Assembly (NCBI GenBank): GCA_040006935.1 | Contig: JBDTVZ010000001.1 | Location: 167,772-231,771 of the forward strand | DNA length: 64,000 bases | Direction: 5' to 3' | From: Candidatus Dojkabacteria bacterium | GTDB lineage: Bacteria; Patescibacteriota; Dojkabacteria; J137 | Shown here: piece by piece, positions 16,909 through 25,448 of the stretch | Numbering within the stretch: position 1 is the first letter of the stretch | Layout: each line of letters opens with the position of its first letter | The notes under the pieces: generated by a model | Told to the model about the DNA's origin: nothing | The model's database searches: none | Seen by the model: only the letters and a program-made list of their open reading frames with translations | Made by a program: the position numbers and the translations under genes

Positions 16909-17520
16909 ATGAAAATTGTAAAGATAGAATACATCTCTGATATTGAGGACTGGTCAAAGTCTGAGGATTATAGATCTATCGAATCTGACATTAAAAAGGG
17001 TATTCAGAAAGTTGTTTGGCCAAAGGGCAGTGATGGTTTTTTTATTGATCCTGCAAGCAAAGGTAAAGGACGTGGGGAAGGGAACGGAGTAAAACCGATT
17101 AAGGAAACTTTTATAGAGCATTTGGAATCTCAAGGATGGTCAAAGGAGCTACGCATCAATGAGGACCCGGTAATCAAGAGAGGGCCACTTGATGCTGCTA
17201 AAATAACCCCGTCTGGTACTTTTGCAGTGGAATGGGAAACAGGCAACATATCCTCAAGTCATAGAGCCTTAAATAAGATATGTCTAGGAACTCTCAGAGG
17301 TAATCTTATTGGAGGAGCACTTATATTGCCCTCAAAAGCACTTTATAATTTTCTGACAGATAGAGTGGGTAATTATCCGGAAATCGAACCTTACTTACCT
17401 TTATGGAAAAGTATTCCATTCCCGAAAGGGTTAATAATGATTATCGTTATTGAGCAAGATGGACTAAAAGAAGGAGTAGGAAGAATCCCCAAAGGGACTG
17501 ATGGTCGGGCCTTACTCTAG
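16909..17520 (+). CDS. Type II restriction endonuclease, BamHI family
   Basis: Matches recalled BamHI segments: NGVKPIKE (BamHI NGVVPIKE), AVEWETGNISSSHRALNKICLG (BamHI MEFETGNISSAHRSMNKLLLG, catalytic E-x-E), NFLTDRVGNYPEIEPYL (YYLTDRVTNFEELEPYF), RIPKGTDG (LIPKGSDG). The Asp is in PLDAAKI. Confidence 0.8.
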   Translation: MKIVKIEYISDIEDWSKSEDYRSIESDIKKGIQKVVWPKGSDGFFIDPASKGKGRGEGNGVKPIKETFIEHLESQGWSKELRINEDPVIKRGPLDAAKITPSGTFAVEWETGNISSSHRALNKICLGTLRGNLIGGALILPSKALYNFLTDRVGNYPEIEPYLPLWKSIPFPKGLIMIIVIEQDGLKEGVGRIPKGTDGRALL

Positions 17521-18398
17521 CCCACTCTGTATTTACCATTACTAATACCGTGTTTGTGTCTAAGTTTAAGAGCTTTTTCGGTGAATAGTGTGTTCTTCTC
17601 TAGCTCTATTTGAGCAAGTAAACTTTTGTCACTGTCAATATTTTGAAATCTTTCAATAATACTTTCACTAGTTGATATTTCAATACCAACCCATTGGCGT
17701 TTCTTTAACTCAGCTGCGATGTAGGTTGTACCACTTCCTCCGAATGGATCAAGAATAAGATCACCTTCCTTGGTAGAAATATCGATAATTCGATCCATAA
17801 GTTTTAGGCTCAATTCATTTGCCTCCCGATTTTTGTATTTCTTGTGTCTAACAACAGGAATATCAGTCCAGACGTCAGAAAGACTAAGGCCTTTTGGATT
17901 CAGTTTACTTTTATAACCTCCATAATCTTTTATCTCATGACCGCATACTGGACAAGTCTCAATGGGTATTCGTGGCGGAGAGAAAGTATTAGGCTTTCGT
18001 CCTTTAACAAAATATAAAAGTGAGTAGTGAGCGGGATAGAGTCTACTCTGGATTGGAAGCGAGTAGGTATTACGTATCGTTACCCAGTGACGAAAATTTA
18101 ACTGTTTAGATACATAAGTAGCTAAATGAAAATTCCATTTCGGTAGGTTGTATAAAAAGAAGGAGCCTCCAGGTTTTAACACTCTTATGGCTTCATCAAT
18201 CCATTTGTAACACCATTCCAGATAGTCTTGCTCACTCAGAGAATCATTTACTTTTTCTCCGTAATTCTTATTAAGGTTAAATGGAGGGTCAGCGAAGAAC
18301 ATGTCGATAGAGTTTTCAGACAGGTCCTTCATTCCTTTTATGCAGTCTGCATCGTAGAGTTTTCCCAATTCAGTTGTAAATATTTCTTCTGATAACAT
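17517..18398 (-). CDS. DNA methyltransferase, beta-class (PF01555 N4-cytosine/N6-adenine), cognate MTase of the BamHI-like REase
   Basis: Motif IV FADPPF precedes motif I DLILDPFGGSGTT (beta-class order). Convergent with the REase, with a 4-nt overlap. Confidence 0.85.
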   Translation of the reverse strand: MLSEEIFTTELGKLYDADCIKGMKDLSENSIDMFFADPPFNLNKNYGEKVNDSLSEQDYLEWCYKWIDEAIRVLKPGGSFFLYNLPKWNFHLATYVSKQLNFRHWVTIRNTYSLPIQSRLYPAHYSLLYFVKGRKPNTFSPPRIPIETCPVCGHEIKDYGGYKSKLNPKGLSLSDVWTDIPVVRHKKYKNREANELSLKLMDRIIDISTKEGDLILDPFGGSGTTYIAAELKKRQWVGIEISTSESIIERFQNIDSDKSLLAQIELEKNTLFTEKALKLRHKHGISNGKYRVG

Positions 18399-18535
18399 AA
18401 AGATAGTTTATCACAATGATGACTATAATCAACACCAATTTTTTATCAATTTGAAAATATTAGACAATATTATGCTGAGTAAAATTTGGAGTTATAATAC
18501 TGGCGAAGTAGTTCCTAATCTCATCCACTAATGGA

Positions 18536-18597
18536 CCCCATAAAAGATTAAAATTCCCCAAATAAAGGTTCAAGTTACAGACTTGAACCAACATGAG
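18536..18597 (+). repeat. Palindromic junction repeat copy R2 (CCCCATAAAAGATTAAAATTCCCCAAATAAA-GGTTCAAGT-TACAG-ACTTGAACC-AACATGAG)
   Basis: ~90% identical to R1 over ~60 nt. Its 3' flank supplies the ATG (18593) of the truncated sulfotransferase ORF. Confidence 0.7.
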
Positions 18598-18952
18598 AAG
18601 CTACAGTCCAATAGAATTTATCTCTATAATGTGGTTATCTGTAATGGATAAGTACTTGCAGTTGAGTAAACAAGGTATAAATATGCAAGCAGTAAAGTAC
18701 GAAGACATGGTTAGGAATCCTGAGAAAGCAATGAGGTTAATACTTAAAGATTTAGGTTTCTCTGATGTTGAAATTTATAAAGCATTGAAAACATTCTCAA
18801 AAGATTCCCAGGCCGGTAGTGCGCTTGCAAGAGAAAGTCTAGAAGATGTAACTTTTCCTCAGGAATCTAAGGATGAAGTTAGCAATTTGTTAGCAATGCA
18901 TAGTGAGATAAGGAATCCTAACTATACAGTTCCAGGTACAATTGAGATCTAA
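18593..18952 (+). pseudogene. Sulfotransferase gene fragment (C-terminal third only), truncated at repeat R2
   Basis: VKYEDMVRNPEKAMRLILKDLGFSD matches the conserved C-terminal region of PAPS-dependent sulfotransferases (YEDLV..PE..L..I..FLG). The N-terminal 5'-PSB (K-GTT) region is absent and the ORF starts inside the repeat. Confidence 0.5.
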
Positions 18953-18990
18953 TTTCATGTATTATTTTGAGTAATTTTTAAAATAATTTT

Positions 18991-19599
18991 ATGAAACCGC
19001 TACTATTTATTGATTTTAATGGAGTAATCTCCTATAACAACTTTTGGAATTCTATCTACTCAGAAGCACATGAATTATTTCCTAGAAGAAAAGAAATTAA
19101 TGATTTCGTATTTATTGAAAGTAAAGACTTCGTTAAGGAATGGATGGTAGGAAAGCATACTTCTGAAGAAGCACATGATTTACTTAAAGATAAATTTGGA
19201 ATAGACAAAGAGTATCTTTTTCAAATATTTCAAAAGGATGCAATAGATCTAGACGTATCTGCTTTGATAATGGGAAAATTGAAGAGATTAAAAGCAAAGT
19301 ATAAGCTAATTTTAATAACTGACAATATGGACACCTTCTCTAGGTTTACATTACCAAACAATCCAATTCTAAGCGAAGTCTTTGATGGAATCTTTATCTC
19401 TTATAATACAGGAAAACTTAAGAAAACAGATAGTGGTCGAATCTTCAAAGAAATAGCACAAATATTTGATGGTGGATTAGATAAAAGCATATTTATAGAT
19501 GATTCAAAGTCAAACTGCGATTTATTTGAAACCTTGGGCGGAAAATCTATTTGTGTGACTGGAGAAACCGAAGTACTTAAAGAGTTATCTAATCTATAA
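18991..19599 (+). CDS. HAD-superfamily hydrolase
   Basis: Motif I LFIDFNGV (DxN variant), motif II LILITDN, motif III/IV K...FIDDSKSN. Confidence 0.55.
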   Translation: MKPLLFIDFNGVISYNNFWNSIYSEAHELFPRRKEINDFVFIESKDFVKEWMVGKHTSEEAHDLLKDKFGIDKEYLFQIFQKDAIDLDVSALIMGKLKRLKAKYKLILITDNMDTFSRFTLPNNPILSEVFDGIFISYNTGKLKKTDSGRIFKEIAQIFDGGLDKSIFIDDSKSNCDLFETLGGKSICVTGETEVLKELSNL

Positions 19600-19675
19600 T
19601 AAGTTTAAGTACTCTCTTTCTAGTAATATGAAAACTTTTAATTTTATTATATTATAAAGTCTATTAGCTTCTCTA

Positions 19676-19692
19676 CCTGAACCAACGCGAGT
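19676..19692 (+). repeat. Junction repeat copy R3, right half-site only (CCTGAACCAACGCGAGT)
   Basis: 16/17 match to the right arm plus 3' flank of R1 (CTTGAACCAACGCGAGT). The left arm is absent. Sits 18 nt upstream of the next ORF. Confidence 0.5.
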
Positions 19693-19709
19693 TTTAAAAT
19701 TAATTCCTT

Positions 19710-20204
19710 ATGAATAATTTCGGTTATGTAGAATTAAAATTTACCTCTGATTCTATAAGACAATTAAGTGCAATTGTTGAGAATATTGTTAAAGAGGATC
19801 AGCTTTATTTTTCTGATGTTGTTCCAAGAATCCAAGGTGATGTAACAGATAAAGCACATCTGACTCTTTTCTATGGTCTTACAGATGCTGCTTTAAACAA
19901 TCCTGAATTAAAAACATTTGTAGATAGTCTTGAAATTGAATCTTTAGAATTAGGAGAATTAAATCTACTTGAAGGTTATCAGGGAATGTATAAAGTATTG
20001 TACATTGAGTTAAGAGATGATACTAATTATCTAAAAGGCATTTCTGAAAAGATTATACAATTTGGTGCAGATGAAGATTTAGCTAAAAGAGAATTTAAAC
20101 CCCATATTACACTTGCTTATGTAAGTAATAATTTTAAGATTCCCACAGATTATAGACTTCCAGAGACTAATCTTGGAATAGAAAGTGTAGAGGTAAGAAG
20201 TTAA
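19710..20204 (+). CDS. 2H phosphoesterase superfamily protein (LigT/2'-5' RNA ligase-like)
   Basis: Two H-x-T/S-x motifs, HLTLFYG and HITLAYV, at the characteristic spacing. 164 aa. Confidence 0.65.
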   Translation: MNNFGYVELKFTSDSIRQLSAIVENIVKEDQLYFSDVVPRIQGDVTDKAHLTLFYGLTDAALNNPELKTFVDSLEIESLELGELNLLEGYQGMYKVLYIELRDDTNYLKGISEKIIQFGADEDLAKREFKPHITLAYVSNNFKIPTDYRLPETNLGIESVEVRS

Positions 20205-20207
20205 TTT

Positions 20208-20280
20208 AAAGGTTCAAATTACCATAACACCATGCCTAAGGCAGTCGAGAAGGCAGGCGGGGCAAACTTGAACCATCGAG
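20208..20280 (+). repeat. Junction repeat copy R4 with expanded 44-nt central region (AAAGGTTCAAATT-[44 nt]-AACTTGAACC-ATCGAG)
   Basis: The same inverted arms as R1/R2, separated by a GC-richer insert (ACCATAACACCATGCCTAAGGCAGTCGAGAAGGCAGGCGGGGCA) that contains the direct repeat AAGGCAG x2. Confidence 0.6.
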
Positions 20281-20298
20281 AATGAGCTATAGTAGTTA

Positions 20299-21417
20299 TT
20301 ATTCGCTTTTCAAAATATAATACGTTGCTTTACCAACTCCTACAGGTGTAATCAGCCCAATATCTACCAACCTCTTAAAGTCCTGTATTCTTGTTGCCTT
20401 GGCTCTATCAGTAGTTCCTTCATATTCTCTCATTGTGATTGAACCATGTTCTTTGATGTATTCAAGAATTTGTTTGTGGTGAGGTTCAAGTCGCTCTTGA
20501 TATTGTGGAAACTGGGATTTAACTCGGTTTAATTCATCAATAATCCCGTCGGTGAAGTATTCTAACCACTGGGTAAAATCAATAGTCTCTGCAATATCGT
20601 AATAATTGCCAAACACTCCCACATTCTGAAAATACTTAGTTACATTATTATTGTAATAATTCTCAAAGCTAAATAGTGGGAAAGTGTTGATACCAAGTTC
20701 AGCAAGTAAGGTTTTTGTTACCAATCTAGTAGTTCTACCATTTCCATCAATAAATGGATGAATAATGACTGCTTGTTTATGGAATAATCCTGCAATAATT
20801 AACGGGTCAATTTCGCCTTGCTTATCATTGATGAAATTTACAAGCTCGTACATCAAGGGTTCAACGTCTTTTGCATCAGGTGGAAGATAAACAGTTTCTC
20901 TTTTGACTGGGTCATTTACAAATACTGGTTCAGTTCGATATTTACCCTTATAAGGCTCACTTATTAAACTATCAATAACAATACTTTGAATATTACAAAT
21001 AAAGTCATTTGATAATTTATTGATTTTTCCAACTCTGATTTGCTCATCAAGCATCAGCATTGCTTTGTTGTAATTTAGAACTTCTCTCTCAGTATCTCTG
21101 ATATGTTCAGGCCGGGATTTGATAATTTTTTTCACATCAGTTAAAGGTAAAGGATTCCCTTCAATTTGAGTCGAGGAATGGGCAGATAATGCTCTTGCAT
21201 CACGTTCCATATTCATAAGAACTGTGCTCGAAAGTACTTTGCTATTAAGCTCACCGATAATCTCGCCCACTTTTCGCATATTGGTAGCAAGTGTATTTGT
21301 TATTGTATATTTAGGCTTGAACATATTCATATTATAGTCGTATAATGGTCGTAAATCAAGGGGATTTATTATAGTTAAACCAAGATAATGGGACATTAAA
21401 GCAGTATTTCTCGCCAT
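20299..21417 (-). CDS. Fic/DOC family protein (AMPylator-type toxin/regulator) with C-terminal wHTH
   Basis: Canonical Fic motif HPFIDGNGRTTR, the upstream inhibitory-helix-like region, and a C-terminal winged-helix (GSITMREYEG...). Confidence 0.85.
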   Translation of the reverse strand: MARNTALMSHYLGLTIINPLDLRPLYDYNMNMFKPKYTITNTLATNMRKVGEIIGELNSKVLSSTVLMNMERDARALSAHSSTQIEGNPLPLTDVKKIIKSRPEHIRDTEREVLNYNKAMLMLDEQIRVGKINKLSNDFICNIQSIVIDSLISEPYKGKYRTEPVFVNDPVKRETVYLPPDAKDVEPLMYELVNFINDKQGEIDPLIIAGLFHKQAVIIHPFIDGNGRTTRLVTKTLLAELGINTFPLFSFENYYNNNVTKYFQNVGVFGNYYDIAETIDFTQWLEYFTDGIIDELNRVKSQFPQYQERLEPHHKQILEYIKEHGSITMREYEGTTDRAKATRIQDFKRLVDIGLITPVGVGKATYYILKSE

Positions 21418-21509
21418 AAGCTACCTCATTAATAATCCTGCACTTCATCATTCTTTCTCATTTTCTACCCTTCTGCTATCATTTATAGATACATCTTAAA
21501 ATAATTCCT

Positions 21510-22070
21510 ATGGGAAAAGTAATGGCTGGTATGACAATTTCTTTAGATGGCTTTATGGATGCAGATAAAGTTAATCCAGATTTTTCTGAGCTCCTTGAGG
21601 CTCCTTCTTTTAAAGAAATGATTAAAGACACTGGTGCTGTTATTATGGGAAATAACACATATAATATGGCAGATCCGCTTCAATGGGTTAATGATGATTA
21701 TGAATTTCAAGTACCTTTATTTATTTTGACTCATAATATTCCAGAGAAGAAACCACAAGGAAACGATAAACTTACTGTAACATTTGTAACTGATGGCATT
21801 GAGAGTGCTATTTCCCAAGCAAAAAAAGCAGCAGGTGATAAAATGGTTCAAATAATAGGTGGTGCAAGCACAATTCAACAGGCTCTTAATTCTGGCTTAT
21901 GCGATGAACTAGGGATAGATATTATGCCTGTTCTCCTTGGCAAAGGACTAAAGTTATTTGAGAATATAGACACAGATAAGATAGAGCTAGAGAGAACTTC
22001 AGTAACAGAAACTACAGCTATGAGAACAAGTATTATGTTCAAGGTTACGAAGAAGAACCTTGGCGTATAG
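21510..22070 (+). CDS. Dihydrofolate reductase family protein (RibD C-terminal domain, YwjB-like)
   Basis: MTISLDGFM...AVIMGNNTY...IIGGASTIQQALNSGLCDELGIDIMPVLLGKG matches the PF01872 pattern. Confidence 0.8.
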   Translation: MGKVMAGMTISLDGFMDADKVNPDFSELLEAPSFKEMIKDTGAVIMGNNTYNMADPLQWVNDDYEFQVPLFILTHNIPEKKPQGNDKLTVTFVTDGIESAISQAKKAAGDKMVQIIGGASTIQQALNSGLCDELGIDIMPVLLGKGLKLFENIDTDKIELERTSVTETTAMRTSIMFKVTKKNLGV

Positions 22071-22075
22071 AATTA

Positions 22076-23110
22076 TCAACCTACCAATTCAATCCCCAAG
22101 ATAACAGCCAATTCTTCCCACGAGGACACAGTCTTTATATCACCATTTTGATGTTCTCCACCAAATAAATATAGAGTATTCTTTCTTACAGGGTTTGCTG
22201 TAACTTCCTCTAAGTGACTAAGCTTATTATCTATAACAATTTCTGCATTGCTATAATGAGGATATTTAGAGTCGGGCCCAACTTTAATTACAGGCAGATA
22301 TATTCCATGCATTCTCAATATTTCTTCAGCAATTGTGCCTTCATTTATTCCTCTAGAAGTGACTATCGTTATATCGTAATGTTGCTTTTGCATTGCTTTA
22401 ATAGTATTTACAGCACTTACACTTAATTTTAAATGCTCTATTTGCTCTTCTTTATCGTTGTATGCCCTTATTTTGATTTCAGAATCTACAACTCCATTAT
22501 TATATTCATCAGCATAGTATTTTAAATAATCTTCTTTTAGAGAAATTACATCGTCAAAATCTATACACACCTTAATCTTTCTTTGACCTTCGGAACCTAA
22601 TATTCCTAAATTTCTATAAAATGCTGAAGGATTCTCTAGTAATGGATTATACCTTCTACTTACAGCTGGTTTATCTTTAAACACACCAACCTCATCCCAC
22701 TCAACAGGCAGAACAGGCATTGGAGTGTTTACATTTGTAATTACAATGCAGTGCAGTGATTCAACTCCTTTATTTCTCGCTAACCATAATCTGTTTTGTC
22801 CATCCAGTAAAATAAACATACCATCGTGAACTTCTATGATTGGAGGAGCAACTATACCAAAGCTTGTCTTAGTTATTCCACTTAATTCGAATAAAGGAAC
22901 TTCATTTAATAATGAATTTAAAAAGTCGATATTTCTTTCTAAAACATAAAGAGCTGTCGGTCGGATACTGTTAATTGGAATATCAAGCAGAAAAAATTCA
23001 GAGTTTTCGTAAGGTTTTATTGTCTCATCACCAACAAGAGGAATGCTTCTCATCTTGTTTTTCAACTCTTCAGTTATTTTATGATGAGTTAAATTATTAA
23101 AAGACTCCAT
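22076..23110 (-). CDS. Fusion protein: N-terminal ParB/Srx-like nuclease domain plus C-terminal HAD-like hydrolase domain
   Basis: ParB-like LDIPINSIRPT...ILLDGQNRLWLARNKG (DGxxR core). C-terminal KVCIDFDDVIS (DxD), IVTSRG and FGGEHQNGD resemble HAD motifs I, II and IV. Confidence 0.5.
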   Translation of the reverse strand: MESFNNLTHHKITEELKNKMRSIPLVGDETIKPYENSEFFLLDIPINSIRPTALYVLERNIDFLNSLLNEVPLFELSGITKTSFGIVAPPIIEVHDGMFILLDGQNRLWLARNKGVESLHCIVITNVNTPMPVLPVEWDEVGVFKDKPAVSRRYNPLLENPSAFYRNLGILGSEGQRKIKVCIDFDDVISLKEDYLKYYADEYNNGVVDSEIKIRAYNDKEEQIEHLKLSVSAVNTIKAMQKQHYDITIVTSRGINEGTIAEEILRMHGIYLPVIKVGPDSKYPHYSNAEIVIDNKLSHLEEVTANPVRKNTLYLFGGEHQNGDIKTVSSWEELAVILGIELVG

Positions 23111-23162
23111 TTCCGAGATTTAAAAAATACCTCTTATGATAAAATCTTTTATTAAATCGTGA

Positions 23163-24275
23163 TTGACCTATACTAGCTGTTATTTTGGACAAGTCTTGGA
23201 CATAAATTACATAGATCTTTTCGAAGAAGATCATTTTGGTGATACTTTTAAAGATATTGTTTCAGAAGTGAATAATAACGAATCCGCTTTTGTGTATGGT
23301 GTTGCTGGGACTGGTGTGCAAACTTTACTTCAACAGATTTCTCATGTTTTAAAAAAAGAAATTAAAGTATTCCAATATAAAGCCATATTAATAAATGAAG
23401 ATCCAGTTGGGATAATTAGCAATGACTTGCTTAAGTTAACAAATTCGAATAATTTAAATGACTTTATTGCAAATTTATCTGAAAAAATCTTAATAACAAT
23501 AAGCGACATTCAAGATATAACAGCTATAGACGTACTCTTCAGTTTTTTAGAAACTTTACGGAAGAGCTCTTCGTATAAACTAGTTTATATATTAGGAACT
23601 GACCATTTAATCTTCAGAAGTGTAAAGAAAGTCATTCATAGTCAAACTCCTCATGCAGTACATAGATTAGGAATGTTCGATCTTAAAGGAACAATTAGAA
23701 ATATTAAAATAAATAGCAACTTCTTTAACTATAATATTCCTGAAAAGTTATTTGTAAAGATTTATGAACTCTCAGGAGGACATTCAAGATTAACTAAATA
23801 TATTTGTAAAGTTTTATTTCAAAGTGGATTTGATAAATTAGATGATATAGAGTTTCTAGCTAATAATATTTTAATAGAACCAATCTTAAATTATCTACTA
23901 GAATTAATAATTACTTTCAGTACAAAAGAGCTTATAGATCTAGGAATCTTAAAGGAAGAGAATGTTATTTTCTCAACACTACTTAAATATAAATTAGAGA
24001 ACTTTGAGATACCTAACCTTAATTTAATTTTTAATAATTTAACTTCAAAAGAAGGCAAAGTCTTTAGCTATTTATTTTTGAATAAAGATAAAATAGTAAG
24101 TGCAGAAAAGATTGATTTTATATTAAATTTAGTGGGTTTTGAATATTCGTTATGGGCTTCCTATAAAGCTATAAATAGATTGAAATTAAAAATTGCTGAG
24201 AAGTTTGATCTGGTGAATATTAAAGGAAAAGGATATGTCTTGAAGAGTAAAGTTTCCTTACAACATCTACGTTGA
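23163..24275 (+). CDS. Putative regulator: degenerate P-loop NTPase-like N-domain plus C-terminal OmpR/PhoB-type winged-helix DNA-binding domain
   Basis: GVAGTGVQTLL is a Walker-A-like motif lacking the Lys. The C-terminus SYKAINRLKLKIAEKFDLVNIKGKGYVLKS matches the trans_reg_C consensus (..RLR.Kl......i.tvrG.GY.l). Confidence 0.4.
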   Translation: MTYTSCYFGQVLDINYIDLFEEDHFGDTFKDIVSEVNNNESAFVYGVAGTGVQTLLQQISHVLKKEIKVFQYKAILINEDPVGIISNDLLKLTNSNNLNDFIANLSEKILITISDIQDITAIDVLFSFLETLRKSSSYKLVYILGTDHLIFRSVKKVIHSQTPHAVHRLGMFDLKGTIRNIKINSNFFNYNIPEKLFVKIYELSGGHSRLTKYICKVLFQSGFDKLDDIEFLANNILIEPILNYLLELIITFSTKELIDLGILKEENVIFSTLLKYKLENFEIPNLNLIFNNLTSKEGKVFSYLFLNKDKIVSAEKIDFILNLVGFEYSLWASYKAINRLKLKIAEKFDLVNIKGKGYVLKSKVSLQHLR

Positions 24276-24319
24276 GCTTTTGGTTATATTACTAATTCTA
24301 GAAAAATATGTAGAAATAC

Positions 24320-24769
24320 CTATTTCTCAGTTTGCCATAATATTCGGTCTATAGGTCCGTCTTTTGACAATAGCTTTATATAATCATAAGACTGCTGCAC
24401 AATTTTCTCCAGAATAGGAAGCTCTATATCGCTAAGTCGCTTTATGTAGATGCAATACCCAGTAGTAGTATGTTTACCTAACTTAGCCAGCAATTCTGAA
24501 TATCGTGCAGTACCATCCATCATATAAATTGTAATCTTACTTTTTCTTGGATAAAAGCCAATAACAAGACCGTCTCCTTCGCGTCCGCTGTCGTATTTAT
24601 AATGATAAGTATCAAATCCAAGAGTTCCTGCATTCCATAACTTTGGTTCTTTGCCACTTATTCGCTGCATCATTTCCAGAAGCACATTGCTATCTTTTGC
24701 AGTTTCATCATCAAGCGAAGCAATATAATCTTTTACTGAAGTGTCGTTTTTAGAAGTTGTTTTGTTCAT
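24320..24769 (-). CDS. DUF1801-like (YdhG/YjbR-type) domain protein
   Basis: 149 aa. N-terminal VKDYIASLDDETAKDSNVLLEMMQRI is typical of DUF1801. Confidence 0.45.
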   Translation of the reverse strand: MNKTTSKNDTSVKDYIASLDDETAKDSNVLLEMMQRISGKEPKLWNAGTLGFDTYHYKYDSGREGDGLVIGFYPRKSKITIYMMDGTARYSELLAKLGKHTTTGYCIYIKRLSDIELPILEKIVQQSYDYIKLLSKDGPIDRILWQTEK

Positions 24770-24817
24770 AAGTCAATTTTACCACCTCAGGGCTGGGTAT
24801 TAGATGAAATTATTTCA

Positions 24818-25327
24818 CTACTCTCCTTTTGCAGCTTTTTCTAAATCAGCAACTACAAGTTTTTTCATTTGTAACATTGCATTCATAACTCTCATTGATG
24901 CTTCAGGATTAGAATTACCCATCAATTCTCCTAATTGTTTAGGAACAATCTGCCAAGATAATCCAAATTTATCTTTTAGCCAACCACATTGCTCTGATTC
25001 TTTAACTGCGGAAAGTTTTCCCCAGAAATGATCAACTTCAGCTTGATCAGCGCACTCTACATAGAAAGATATAGATTCATTAAATTTAAAAATTGGACCA
25101 CCATCCAATGCCATAAATCTTTGTCCATTAAGTTCGAATATAGCTGTAATAACTTTTCCTAGCATTTCTTCTGTTCCAGGAGCTTCCATTCCTTTCTCAT
25201 ATCTCTGCATATTAAGTATTTTTGATTCTGCAGTTTTATTTGGAGCATCATTAAAAACAGAGATATAATAATTGATTGCTTCCTCGCAATTTTTATCAAA
25301 CCATAACGAAGGAACGATTTTTTGCAT
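24818..25327 (-). CDS. VOC/glyoxalase-fold protein, PhnB / 3-demethylubiquinone-9 3-methyltransferase-like family (PF06983)
   Basis: KIVPSLWFDKNCEEAINYYISVF...CGWLKDKFGLSWQIVP matches the PhnB-like signature. Confidence 0.75.
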   Translation of the reverse strand: MQKIVPSLWFDKNCEEAINYYISVFNDAPNKTAESKILNMQRYEKGMEAPGTEEMLGKVITAIFELNGQRFMALDGGPIFKFNESISFYVECADQAEVDHFWGKLSAVKESEQCGWLKDKFGLSWQIVPKQLGELMGNSNPEASMRVMNAMLQMKKLVVADLEKAAKGE

Positions 25328-25448
25328 AAATTTTTAGTTAAAAAGAAATATATTTAATATTAACATATTCCTGCATTATCTTAACCACCTGCTTGACACG
25401 ACTCCAATCTCAACATAAAATTAAAGTAATAATTTTTATTTATTTGTA

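Noticed and set aside
15064-20280. Calling the junction repeats canonical integron attC sites or a class 1-type integron
   Set aside because: The outer cores do not match the R''/R' consensus (RYYYAAC / GTTRRRY). The stems are perfect rather than carrying the extrahelical bases that define attC bottom strands. No IntI-type tyrosine recombinase or attI is present in the window. Kept as 'attC-like/CALIN-like or novel', not as an integron.
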